Shown piece by piece: positions 45,017 through 54,811 of a stretch of 64,000 nucleotides of DNA (position 1 is its first letter; the number at the start of each line of letters is the position of its first letter). The position numbers and the translations under genes are program-made. Below the pieces are notes generated by a model. It was not told where the DNA came from and did not search any database. It saw nothing but the letters and a program-made list of their open reading frames with translations. Source of the stretch: an uncultured bacterium. Lineage in GTDB: Bacteria > Hydrothermota > UBA3072. The DNA is taken from NCBI GenBank assembly GCA_964534175.1, contig CAZHNS010000003.1, forward strand, positions 63,939-127,938, in the 5' to 3' direction.

Positions 45017-47467
45017 ATGTTTATGGATGAGCGTTTTACAAAAAAGTTAATAGACGTTGTTAAAATATCAAAGGATTTGGCGCGTGAAGCCGGGTTGGGC
45101 GAAGTAACGCCAGTTATCCTTTTACTTGCTATATTAAGACACGGAAACAATATCGCAGTTACCGTTATCGAAGAAGTGGGTGTGGATGTTGAGATACTTG
45201 AGAATAGGATTTTAAAACTCGTTAAAAGTAATAGAGATATATTGATCGTAGAACAGCCCATTGGATTGTCAGAGGATTCTCTGAATATCCTTGAGGAGGC
45301 TAAAGAAGAGGCTTTGATGCTTGGTAGGCAGATAATAGGCACGGAGCATCTTTTGCTTTCTTTGCTTAAGGCAAAAGAAGGTGCGTTTATCGAAATTTTA
45401 AAACCAGAAGAGCTCGATTACTATTTAGCGAAGCAGATGCTGCTTGACCTTTTTGATAAGGAAAAATCGCCCGATAAGGTACAAGAAAAATCAAAACCTT
45501 CTGTTGATAGGGCCTTGGAATTTTATACAAGAGATTTAACCGATCTTGCAAAGAGAGGAAGAATTGACCCTGTTATTGGTAGAGAATCTGAGATGGAGAG
45601 AGTCATTCAGACTTTATGTCGAAGAAAAAAGAATAATCCGGTGCTTGTAGGTGAGCCCGGGGTTGGTAAAACCGCAATAGTTGAAGGTCTTGCGCAGAGA
45701 ATTATTATCGGTGCGGTACCCAAGATGCTGCAAAACAAGAAAATACTTTCTATGGATCTCGCTTCTGTTATAGCCGGAACTAAATATCGCGGTCAATTTG
45801 AAAAGAGGTTAAAACAGATTTTAGAATCATTGAAAGATTCCGAGAACATACTTTTTATTGATGAGATGCATACTATCGTAGGAGCAGGGGCGGCTGAAGG
45901 AGCCATAGATGCTTCTAATATGCTTAAGCCTGTTTTAGCCAGGGGAGAAATTCAGACCATTGGAGCGACTACCACTGAGGAATATAGAAAATATATAGAA
46001 AAAGATGGAGCTCTGGAACGCCGTTTGCAGATGGTTCTTATAGATCCTCCTACAATAGATGAAACAATAGATATATTAAATGGTATTAAACGTAAATATG
46101 AAGATTTTCATAAAGTTACGTATACTGATGAAGTAGTTAAAGCAACGGTTAAACTTTCCTGTCAATATATAGCTGATAGAAATCTTCCTGATAAAGCGAT
46201 TGATGTCTTAGACGAGACGGGAGCCAAGGTTAGGTTAAGGGAGACAAAAGTTCCTGATGAAATAGTATCACTTGAGGAAGAGTTGCGTAAAGTTAAGGAA
46301 GAGCTTCTGAGAGCCAGAGAAGAAGGAAAATATGAAGTTGCAATAGAACTGCGGGATAGAAGAGATGAAATCGAAGGTAAATTGGAGAAGAGTCTAGAAG
46401 ATTGGGGAAAATACGGTGCTCTAAAGAGGGTTGAGGTCTTGGAAGAAGATATAAGAGAAGTTATCTCTCTCTGGACAGGAATTCCTCTAAAGAGACTCAG
46501 AGAGGAAGAGACCGAACGACTTCTTTCTATGGAGGATGAAATTAAAAAGAGACTTGTTGGACAAAGTGAAGCAATCAGAGTGGTCTCTAAGGCGATTAGA
46601 AGAAGCAGGGCTGGTCTTCGGGATATGCGAAGGCCGCTGGGGGCTTTTCTTTTCCTTGGCCCTACGGGAGTAGGAAAAACCGAGCTTGCGAAACAACTTG
46701 CAAGATTTCTCTTTAACACCGAAGAGTCTCTAGTCAGGATTGATATGAGTGAGTTTATGGAAAGATTTAATGTTTCCAAGTTGATAGGGGCTCCTCCGGG
46801 GTATGTAGGATATGATGAAGGTGGACTTTTGACCGAAGCCGTCAGAAGGAGACCTTATTCTGTAATTCTTTTGGATGAAATAGAAAAAGCTCATCCTGAT
46901 GTATATAATATCCTTCTTCAGGTTTTTGATGAAGGTATGCTTACGGATGCATATGGAAGAAAAATCTCCTTTAAAAATGCAGTTATTATTATGACTTCGA
47001 ATATAGGAACGAAGGAGATAATGCGAGGAACGTATGTTGGGTTTAAAAAACCCGATAAAGGAATTAAATATGAGGAAATGAGAGAATATCTGCTGGAGGA
47101 AATTAAAGAAAGATTCAGTCCTGAATTCCTAAACAGAATAGATGAAAGCATTGTTTTTAAATCACTCCACCGGGAAACGATGGCTTCTATTGTCGATATA
47201 TTTTTCAATGAGGTCAGAGAAAGAGTTGAGGAGAAAGGATTCGAAATTTCTCTCACAGACGAAGCAAAAGAGTTCTTAATCGAAAAAGGTTTTGATCTGG
47301 AATATGGGGCGCGACCTCTGAAAAGAGTTATGCAGAGACAATTGGAGGATAAATTAGCAGAAGGATTTTTAAAGGGGAAGTGGAAAAAGGGAAACAAAAT
47401 TGTAGTTTCCAGAGAGGGTGATGACTTAATATTCTTCTCGTCTCGTCCTGTTGCAGAAGTTCTCTAA
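45017..47467 (+). CDS. clpC: ATP-dependent Clp protease ATP-binding subunit ClpC
   Basis: Two Clp_N repeats, two AAA+ modules (GEPGVGKT; GPTGVGKT), UVR linker, ClpB/C signature. Confidence 0.9.
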   Translation: MFMDERFTKKLIDVVKISKDLAREAGLGEVTPVILLLAILRHGNNIAVTVIEEVGVDVEILENRILKLVKSNRDILIVEQPIGLSEDSLNILEEAKEEALMLGRQIIGTEHLLLSLLKAKEGAFIEILKPEELDYYLAKQMLLDLFDKEKSPDKVQEKSKPSVDRALEFYTRDLTDLAKRGRIDPVIGRESEMERVIQTLCRRKKNNPVLVGEPGVGKTAIVEGLAQRIIIGAVPKMLQNKKILSMDLASVIAGTKYRGQFEKRLKQILESLKDSENILFIDEMHTIVGAGAAEGAIDASNMLKPVLARGEIQTIGATTTEEYRKYIEKDGALERRLQMVLIDPPTIDETIDILNGIKRKYEDFHKVTYTDEVVKATVKLSCQYIADRNLPDKAIDVLDETGAKVRLRETKVPDEIVSLEEELRKVKEELLRAREEGKYEVAIELRDRRDEIEGKLEKSLEDWGKYGALKRVEVLEEDIREVISLWTGIPLKRLREEETERLLSMEDEIKKRLVGQSEAIRVVSKAIRRSRAGLRDMRRPLGAFLFLGPTGVGKTELAKQLARFLFNTEESLVRIDMSEFMERFNVSKLIGAPPGYVGYDEGGLLTEAVRRRPYSVILLDEIEKAHPDVYNILLQVFDEGMLTDAYGRKISFKNAVIIMTSNIGTKEIMRGTYVGFKKPDKGIKYEEMREYLLEEIKERFSPEFLNRIDESIVFKSLHRETMASIVDIFFNEVRERVEEKGFEISLTDEAKEFLIEKGFDLEYGARPLKRVMQRQLEDKLAEGFLKGKWKKGNKIVVSREGDDLIFFSSRPVAEVL

Positions 47468-47473
47468 TTTGAA

Positions 47474-48256
47474 ATGGGAAAGAGCATTTCGATAGTTAAT
47501 CAGAAAGGTGGGGTGGGTAAAACAACGACTGCAGTAAATTTAGGGGCCGCTCTCGCTCTTTACAATCAGCATTGTCTGATAATTGACATGGACCCACAGT
47601 CGAATGCTACAAGTGGTTTAGGACTTACGGGTGTATCACCTACTATATACGATGTACTCGTAAAAGGGAAAGATCCCAAAAAAATAATTAAAAAAACAAA
47701 CGTTGAAAACTTGGATGTTATACCCTCGGATATCTCTCTCGTAGGCGCCGAAGTTGAACTTGTAGATGTTAGAGGGAGAGAAATGCAACTCAAGAGAAGG
47801 ATAATGCCTCTTAAAAGGGAATATGATTTTATTTTAATCGATTCTCCCCCCTCACTTGGTTTGCTTACTGTAAATTCTCTGGTTGGGGCGGATTCTGTTT
47901 TAATTCCAATCCAGGCTGAATTTTATGCGATGGAAGGTTTAAGTAAACTTTTAAATACGGTCAGAAATATCCAGCGGGAGTTGAATTCCAGATTGACTAT
48001 CGAAGGTGTACTTCTGACACTTTTTGATACAAGATTGAATCTCGCTCATGAGGTTACAGACGAGGTCTGTAAATATTTCGGAGATAAGGTATATGAAGTA
48101 ATAATTCCAAGAAATGTTACGTTGGCAGAAGCGCCAAGTTATGGAAAGAACATTTTTGATTACGATTCAAGATCAAGAGGTGCTGAGGTATATAAAATGC
48201 TTGCAGAAGAGGTAATAAGAAGGAATGGCAAGAAGGGCGCTTGGCAAAGGGTTTAA
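47474..48256 (+). CDS. parA: Chromosome partitioning ATPase ParA/Soj
   Basis: Deviant Walker A KGGVGKTT. Confidence 0.85.
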   Translation: MGKSISIVNQKGGVGKTTTAVNLGAALALYNQHCLIIDMDPQSNATSGLGLTGVSPTIYDVLVKGKDPKKIIKKTNVENLDVIPSDISLVGAEVELVDVRGREMQLKRRIMPLKREYDFILIDSPPSLGLLTVNSLVGADSVLIPIQAEFYAMEGLSKLLNTVRNIQRELNSRLTIEGVLLTLFDTRLNLAHEVTDEVCKYFGDKVYEVIIPRNVTLAEAPSYGKNIFDYDSRSRGAEVYKMLAEEVIRRNGKKGAWQRV

Positions 48257-49034
48257 TGCCCTAATCCCATCGGTAGAAGAAGATAAAGTACCGATAGGAA
48301 AGGTCTTTCATTCTCCCTTACAGCCCAGGAAAAAGATTAATGAAGAGGATTTAAAAGAGCTGGTTGCTTCTATAAAGCAGAATGGTATCCTGCAGCCTGT
48401 TCTACTCAGAAAGATCGAAGAGAATAAATATGAGTTAGTGTATGGCCACCGTCGTTTTGAAGCAGCAAAGAGAGCAGGCCTTAAAGAAATCCCCGCAGTT
48501 TTCCGGCGTCTTTCTGACAGAGAAGTTCTCGAAATTGCTATTATTGAAAATATACAAAGGGAAGATTTAAACCCTATGGAGGAAGCTAACGCTTATTATA
48601 ACCTGAATGTGGAATTCGATCTTACTCAGGAAGAAATAGCCAAGAGAGTTGGTAAAGCAAGGACAACTATAACCAACAAGATGAGATTGCTATCACTTCC
48701 GAAAGAAGCTCAGCAAGCTTTGTCCGAAAATAAAATAACTGAGGGTCATGCAAGAGCTCTTTTAGGTTTTAAAGATGAAAATAGAATTTTAAAAGAGTTG
48801 AAAAGTATTATAAGTGGAGATAAAACTGTAAGGGAAGCAGAAAAAGCTTCCAGAGTTAAGAAGAAAAAAAGGCAGATATCTTCCGAGTATGAAGACTTAA
48901 GGGAAGAACTTATGCATTTGTTTGGCACTGAAGTGAGAGTAGAGACCGGGAAAAAAAGAAATAAATTGATTATAGAATTTTATTCAGATCAGGATTTAGA
49001 GAGAATCTATAATATAATAAAAGGAAAGAAATAA
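48225..49034 (+). CDS. parB: Chromosome partitioning protein ParB/Spo0J
   Basis: ParB box GILQPVLLRK..YELVYGHRRFEAAKRAG and HTH region. Confidence 0.85.
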   Translation: MARRALGKGFNALIPSVEEDKVPIGKVFHSPLQPRKKINEEDLKELVASIKQNGILQPVLLRKIEENKYELVYGHRRFEAAKRAGLKEIPAVFRRLSDREVLEIAIIENIQREDLNPMEEANAYYNLNVEFDLTQEEIAKRVGKARTTITNKMRLLSLPKEAQQALSENKITEGHARALLGFKDENRILKELKSIISGDKTVREAEKASRVKKKKRQISSEYEDLREELMHLFGTEVRVETGKKRNKLIIEFYSDQDLERIYNIIKGKK

Positions 49035-49048
49035 GGTTTTTGGGGTAG

Positions 49049-49825
49049 GTGATGGGAATTAAGAAGTATACTATACAAATTATTCCTGAAGACGGTGAGG
49101 TCAGGGAGATAGATTTAACGAGAAGGAAGATTGTGTTGTTGGGTTCTATTCTTTTTCTGATAATAGTAACGATTTTATATCTATCGGTGAATATTGGCAG
49201 GCTGGCCGTGGATAAAGCAGAGTATACTTTATTGAAAAAAAAGATTACCAATCTTGAGAATAGAGAACTGGAGATAGAAAAATTAAATAGTAGAATGAGA
49301 AAGTTTTACGATTTTGCTAATAAGTTAAACAAATCTCTCGGTCTTGAAATTTCCCTCGAGGACTTTTTTGAAGCTGAAAAGGAAAAAGTGCCCGCGGAGA
49401 CTTATAATATACAGGAAAACGGAACAATGGAAACCGAAGCTCTCCGGTTGCAGAATTTTATTCCGAATATACTTCCCACTACTGAAGGCTGGGTAAGTAA
49501 AAAGTTTTCTGATGGGCATCAGGCAATAGATATATCTCTAAAAGAAGGAACTCCTCTTTTTTCTACTATGGAAGGGGAGGTTGCCTTTACGGGAGATAGA
49601 AAATATCTTGGAATAACACTGGAGATTCGAAATGACGAAGGTTTTGGATTGATTTACAGCCATTTAAGTGAAATTCTGGTTAAAGAAGGAGAAGAGGTTA
49701 AAAAAAATCAGTTGATTGCTCTCTCCGGTAATAGTGGAAGAAGTGATGCCCCTCATCTGCACTATGGTGTACAAATACAAGGTAAATGGGTTAACCCAAT
49801 TGATTATTTACTTATCAGGAGGTAA
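49049..49825 (+). CDS. M23-family (LytM-domain) peptidase, membrane-anchored
   Basis: HQAIDIS..G.PLFST.EGEV and HLHYGVQIQGKWVNP motifs. Confidence 0.75.
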   Translation: MMGIKKYTIQIIPEDGEVREIDLTRRKIVLLGSILFLIIVTILYLSVNIGRLAVDKAEYTLLKKKITNLENRELEIEKLNSRMRKFYDFANKLNKSLGLEISLEDFFEAEKEKVPAETYNIQENGTMETEALRLQNFIPNILPTTEGWVSKKFSDGHQAIDISLKEGTPLFSTMEGEVAFTGDRKYLGITLEIRNDEGFGLIYSHLSEILVKEGEEVKKNQLIALSGNSGRSDAPHLHYGVQIQGKWVNPIDYLLIRR

Positions 49826-49827
49826 TT

Positions 49828-50190
49828 ATGCGACAGGACGCAATAATGAATGTTTTTCATAAAGGGTCTACAATTGATGGCAAAATAAGGATAAATGGTT
49901 CTATTAGAATAGACGGAAAGTTGAAAGGACAGGTTGAGGCGACAGAAGCGGTTATAATTGGTGAAACCGGAGTAATTGAAGGAGATATAAAAGCCAAGGA
50001 AACAAATATTTCTGGTAAATGTACTGGCCAAATATTGGCGGAAAATACTGTTCTTCTTCATGCTTCTGCTGTAATAAATGGTGATGTGAAATGCAAAAAA
50101 TTAGTCGTTGATGAAGGTGTAATTATCGATGGGAATATATCGATGAGAGATAAGAGCAGGAATGTCCCGGAAGAAAAAGAAAAGACATAA
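49828..50190 (+). CDS. Bactofilin
   Basis: Beta-helical repeat IDGK.KG.VEATEAVIIGETGVIEGDI... typical of bactofilin DUF583. Confidence 0.75.
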   Translation: MRQDAIMNVFHKGSTIDGKIRINGSIRIDGKLKGQVEATEAVIIGETGVIEGDIKAKETNISGKCTGQILAENTVLLHASAVINGDVKCKKLVVDEGVIIDGNISMRDKSRNVPEEKEKT

Positions 50191-50875
50191 AATACGCCCA
50201 GTCGAAATCAAAGTTAACTATCTTAAGTTAATTCCAGCTTCTGTTCTAATAAAACAGGGTGACACAATTGTACTTGTTTCTTCTACTCTTAATGATACCG
50301 TGCCACCTTTCCTAAAAGGTTTAGGTCGGGGATGGATAACTGCTCAGTATGGTATGTTGCCAAAAAGTTCGAGTTCAAGGATAAACAGAGAAAGAAACGG
50401 GTTGTCCGGCAGAAGTTATGAAATTCAGAGGTTGATTGGAAGATCCATTAGACAGGCTTTTGATTTAAACATGTTAGGAGAAAGAACCATTATTGTGGAT
50501 TGTGATGTAATTCAAGCTGATGGAGGAACGAGGGCAGCATCGGTAACAGCTGGAGTTGTCTCGGTCTATGAGCTTTTCAGACAGATGGTTGCAATGGGAG
50601 AGATAAAAGGGATTCCTTTGAGACGCTGGGTTGCGGCTATCTCGGGTGGTATTGTTAATGGAGAAATCATGCTCGACCTTAATTTCGAGGAAGATTCAGG
50701 AGCGGATGCCGATGTCAATCTTGTGATGGACGAAAATGGGGGTTTGATTGAGATTCAGGGTACCGCGGAGAGAAAGCCCATAGAACAAGAAGATTTGGAT
50801 CGACTGGTTGAAATCGGTAAAGAAGGTATAAAAGGCCTTATTGCCAAACAGAAGGAAGCACTCGGGATACTTTGA
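50162..50875 (+). CDS. rph: Ribonuclease PH
   Basis: IRPVEI...GSVLV..GDT.VL and GWITAQYGMLPKSS...YEIQRLIGRS conserved blocks. Confidence 0.85.
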   Translation: MSRKKKKRHKIRPVEIKVNYLKLIPASVLIKQGDTIVLVSSTLNDTVPPFLKGLGRGWITAQYGMLPKSSSSRINRERNGLSGRSYEIQRLIGRSIRQAFDLNMLGERTIIVDCDVIQADGGTRAASVTAGVVSVYELFRQMVAMGEIKGIPLRRWVAAISGGIVNGEIMLDLNFEEDSGADADVNLVMDENGGLIEIQGTAERKPIEQEDLDRLVEIGKEGIKGLIAKQKEALGIL

Positions 50876-50941
50876 AATTCTTACTTTTTAAAGTTGAGTC
50901 GGGTGCAAACAAATAAGCGACTCGGGTATCCAAATTTGTCG

Positions 50942-51090
50942 AAATTTAAAAATCAAAAATCAAAATGTAAAAATACAAATCAAAGTTCAAAAATGAATAC
51001 AAGAATCCGCAAGAATTTAAAAAGCATGAGACAATTTTGCATTTTTATATGTAATTTTGCTTTTTAATTTTTAATATTTTATTTCCCATG
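50942..51090. repeat. AT-rich imperfect palindromic dispersed element, copy 2 (family B), ~40 nt upstream of rluD
   Basis: aaatttaaaaatcaaaaatcaaaatgtaaaaatacaaatcaaagttcaaaaatgaata...attttgcatttttatatgtaattttgctttttaatttttaatatttt. Confidence 0.65.
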
Positions 51091-51128
51091 AAATCAAATC
51101 AATTATTTGAGAATCTTTTATAGGTTTT

Positions 51129-52136
51129 ATGAAAAATAAAGAAATCGAAGAGTATAGTAATGATGAGGTTTGGCAAGAAGAATCCAGGACTGAGAATGTA
51201 AGGCTCGATACATATTTGTCTAAAAGCAGTCTCCCGTTTAGTAGAAGTAGAGTCAACAAAAAAATAAAGGATGGAGAGGTTTTAGTAAACGGAGAGAAGA
51301 CGAAGCCATCCTATTCTGTAAAAAGGGGAGATGTTATTCAGGTTTTTTATAAACCCCGTGTACCTTTTGAAATAAAACCCGAGAAAATACCAATTTCAAT
51401 TTTATATGAAGACCGGGATATTATTGTTTTAAACAAGCAGAAAGGTATAGTGGTTCACCCGGCAAAAGGAAATTCTGATGGCACGTTAGTTAACGCGCTA
51501 CTTCATCATTGTGCTACTCTTCCGGAAGGTTTTGATATGGATAGGCCCGGTGTTATCCATAGGTTAGATGAAGATACAACAGGTGTTATTGTGTTCGCAA
51601 AAAGCGAGAGAGTTCATTCTAAAATCGCGGTACAATTTCAGGAAAGACAAGTTGAAAAGATTTATCTGGCGGTGGTTTGGGGTGAACCTCCTATGAAAGA
51701 AGGGAAAATAAGTTCTCCAATAGGCAGAAGTCCTCTGGATAGGACTTTGATGGCGGTTACCCCGTTAAAATCCAGAGATTCTTTAACAAAATTTAAGGTG
51801 CTCCGTTCGTATGGTTTTGCTTCAATCCTCAAGGTGTTACTTGAAACCGGGAGAACTCACCAAATAAGAGTTCATCTTTCTCACTTGGGTTATCCTGTGA
51901 TTGGTGATGCGGATTATGGGGGAAGGGATAAAAGAATTTTAAGAAGAATAGGGCTTGACTATACGGATGTTTTTGATAAGATAATGGGGATTATTGATAG
52001 GCAGGCTCTTCACGCTGCATCTATTGAGTTTACTCATCCCATAAAGAAGAGGAGAATTCGAATCGCTGCACCGCTTCATGAAGACATGAAGAAGCTTATT
52101 GATTTTTTAAATGAAAATGCTGCCACTAAGACATAA
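51129..52136 (+). CDS. rluD: RluA-family 23S rRNA pseudouridine synthase (RluD-like, S4 domain)
   Basis: S4 domain N-terminus; catalytic HRLDEDTTGVIVFAK. Confidence 0.85.
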   Translation: MKNKEIEEYSNDEVWQEESRTENVRLDTYLSKSSLPFSRSRVNKKIKDGEVLVNGEKTKPSYSVKRGDVIQVFYKPRVPFEIKPEKIPISILYEDRDIIVLNKQKGIVVHPAKGNSDGTLVNALLHHCATLPEGFDMDRPGVIHRLDEDTTGVIVFAKSERVHSKIAVQFQERQVEKIYLAVVWGEPPMKEGKISSPIGRSPLDRTLMAVTPLKSRDSLTKFKVLRSYGFASILKVLLETGRTHQIRVHLSHLGYPVIGDADYGGRDKRILRRIGLDYTDVFDKIMGIIDRQALHAASIEFTHPIKKRRIRIAAPLHEDMKKLIDFLNENAATKT

Positions 52137-52211
52137 AGACACAAAGGAGTGTTGGGTGAATAAATTATTTTCAAAAATAAATTATAAAGATTTAGTGTTC
52201 TTTATGCCTTT

Positions 52212-54386
52212 GTGGCTAATAAAAAGATGGATTTAGTAATAGTTGAATCCCCTGCTAAAGCCAGGTCAATAACCCATTATCTTAAAAAAACAAAAGTGAT
52301 GGCAACTATGGGCCATATTAAAGATCTTCCCAAGAGCAAGATGGGTATAGATATAGATAACGGTTTTAATCCAGATTATAAAATAATAAGAGGAAAAGGT
52401 AAAATTGTTAAGGATATAGTAAAAGAAAGTAAGAAAAGTGATAGAGTTTTTATCGCAACTGATCCGGACAGAGAGGGGGAGGCAATCGCTTTCCACCTTC
52501 AGGAAGAACTTCCTGTTGAGCCTAAAAGGGTAATGTTCTATGAAATGACAAAAAGTGGGATAAATAAGGGAATCGGAGAACCGGGTAGTATCGATATGAA
52601 TAAGGTTTTCTCTCAAAGAACCAGGAGAATCTTAGACAGGCTTGTCGGATATAAGATAAGTCCTTTGCTATGGAAGGCTATTAGAAGAGGTTTATCTGCA
52701 GGAAGGGTGCAGAGTGTGGTCTTAAGGCTTATTTGTGAAAGGGAAGAAGAAATAGACAATTTCGTTCCGGAAGATTATTGGGTTTTTGATGGTCATTTTG
52801 TGCATAAAAACGGTGAATTTAAGGCAAATCTTGAAAGAATAGATGGTAAAAAAGCGAGTATTAGAAGTAAAGAAGAAGCAGAAAAGGTAAGAAAAGATTT
52901 AAAGGACGCTAATTTTCAGGTAGGAGAATTTAAAGAGACAGACGTTAAACAATCTGCATTTCCGCCTTTGATAACAAGTACACTGCAGAGAGCTGCTTCC
53001 AATAATTTCGGGTTTCCTATAAAGAAGACGATGTATGTTGCGCAAAGGTTATATGAAGGCATTGAACTTCCCGGTGGTACTACGGGACTGATTACTTACA
53101 TGAGAACGGATTCTTTCAGGCTGTCTAAAGATGCTGAGATGAGTATGCGGAAATTCATTAAAGATAACTACGGAGAAAATTATGTGCCTGCAAAGCCCAA
53201 TGTTTATAAATCAAAAAAAGGCGCTCAGGAAGCTCATGAAGCCATTAGACCTACAGATATAAATAAAACACCGGAATCTATCAGGGAATATTTGAAGGCA
53301 GATGAGTATAAAATCTATAAACTTATATGGGAACGGGCTCTTGCGAGTCAGTTCGAGGACGCTATTTTTGATTCCAGAAAGGTTTCAGTTGTGACTTCTT
53401 CTTATGAATTCAGAGGTTCTTCGAAGAATTTGAAGTTCGATGGTTTTTATAAAATTCTTCCCGCCCCGAAAGAACAAGACATTATCCCATTGATGAAAGC
53501 AGATGATCCGGTGGAATTGAAAAAGCTTAATGATGAGAAGAAGACGACCGAGCCTCCTGCAAGATATTCGGAAGCTACAATGGTCAGAGAAATGGAAAAG
53601 AGAGGTATCGGAAGACCCAGCACTTATTCTCCTACTATATCTACTTTATTGGTTAGAACTTATATAAAAAAGATAAAGGGTTTTTTGGTCCCTCAGGAGA
53701 TTGGTAAGATCGTGAATAAAGTTTTGGTTTCTAATTTTGGTTCAACAATAATTAACTGTGATTTTACCTCTTCTATGGAGGAAACTCTTGATAAAATTGA
53801 AGATGGTAAAGGAGATTGGCAAAAGTCTATAGAGGAATTTTATGATTCTTTTAAAAATAGTATTGATGCAGTAGAAAAAAAGATTCCCGAAATTAGAGAT
53901 AGTATAAGTGAGAAAACAGACAAAGAATGTCCCAAGTGCGGTAAGAATTTAATAGTTAAATGGGGACGCTATGGTAAATTCCTGGCTTGTCCGGGTTATC
54001 CTGAAGATTGCGAAGGTTATACTGAACCTCACTCTGATGACATTTTAGATGAGAAATGTCCCAAATGCGGGGGTAAGGTAATCTTAAGGCAGGGGAGATT
54101 CGGACGATTTAAAGCCTGCGGTAATTATCCTGATTGTGATTGGAGTGCTCCGGTTTCTACCGGTGTTAAATGCCCTAAGTGTGGTAAAGGTGAATTTATT
54201 GAAAGAAAGTCCAAAAAAGGAAGGATGTTTTATCCCTGTTCCGAAGAAGAATGTGATAATGTTTTATGGAATAAACCGGTTCCTGAAGAGTGTTCCAAGT
54301 GCGGGGCGCCTTTTATGGTAGAGAAATGGAATGCGAGGGCAAATTACCTTTACTGCCTTGAATGTAAGAACAAAGAAACTTTTTAA
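52212..54386 (+). CDS. topA: DNA topoisomerase I
   Basis: Toprim N-terminus LVIVESPAKA, catalytic Tyr region, three C-terminal CxxC...CxxC zinc ribbons; start GTG 52212 or ATG 52227. Confidence 0.9.
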   Translation: MANKKMDLVIVESPAKARSITHYLKKTKVMATMGHIKDLPKSKMGIDIDNGFNPDYKIIRGKGKIVKDIVKESKKSDRVFIATDPDREGEAIAFHLQEELPVEPKRVMFYEMTKSGINKGIGEPGSIDMNKVFSQRTRRILDRLVGYKISPLLWKAIRRGLSAGRVQSVVLRLICEREEEIDNFVPEDYWVFDGHFVHKNGEFKANLERIDGKKASIRSKEEAEKVRKDLKDANFQVGEFKETDVKQSAFPPLITSTLQRAASNNFGFPIKKTMYVAQRLYEGIELPGGTTGLITYMRTDSFRLSKDAEMSMRKFIKDNYGENYVPAKPNVYKSKKGAQEAHEAIRPTDINKTPESIREYLKADEYKIYKLIWERALASQFEDAIFDSRKVSVVTSSYEFRGSSKNLKFDGFYKILPAPKEQDIIPLMKADDPVELKKLNDEKKTTEPPARYSEATMVREMEKRGIGRPSTYSPTISTLLVRTYIKKIKGFLVPQEIGKIVNKVLVSNFGSTIINCDFTSSMEETLDKIEDGKGDWQKSIEEFYDSFKNSIDAVEKKIPEIRDSISEKTDKECPKCGKNLIVKWGRYGKFLACPGYPEDCEGYTEPHSDDILDEKCPKCGGKVILRQGRFGRFKACGNYPDCDWSAPVSTGVKCPKCGKGEFIERKSKKGRMFYPCSEEECDNVLWNKPVPEECSKCGAPFMVEKWNARANYLYCLECKNKETF

Positions 54387-54417
54387 TCATTACTTATATC
54401 AGAAGATTTTATAGACT

Positions 54418-54725
54418 TGGTCAATTTCCCCAACGGTGACCGTTCGGGGTACCACTACGAAAAACCGCAGTCAGTTTCCCCTGCGGGTGATTCGCAAGGA
54501 GTACTGTCCTAGAAAGACGTGGTCAATTTCCCCAGCGAGGAAATTGCCACTCGGCTCTCGGGTTCGCTCCTCTTAAAATGCAAGCATTTTAAGAGACCAT
54601 GCTCGCTCACCCTGCGAGACGCTTTCTTGGACAGCACTCCTTGTTCATTTTATTGATAAAAATCCATGCCCGCTCGTCTCCGAGCATTTTTTATGAAAGG
54701 CATTCCTGTACTTTTGGAATTTAAA
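54418..54725. repeat. Composite hairpin-rich dispersed element, copy 2 (family A), between topA and gltX
   Basis: Block-wise homology to 21228-21600; inner stems differ in sequence but stay complementary. Confidence 0.7.
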
Positions 54726-54811
54726 GAAGATAAAGTGGTGGGGGGAGGTGGAAATGCCCTTGACTTGTCTTATAAAGGACGTATATATGTAAACTATGAG
54801 GAAGTCAATAA

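Noticed and set aside
47474-49034. parS site (TGTTTCACGTGAAACA-like) near parAB
   Set aside because: Could not find a convincing 16-bp palindrome by eye in or around parB; may lie outside the window or be divergent.
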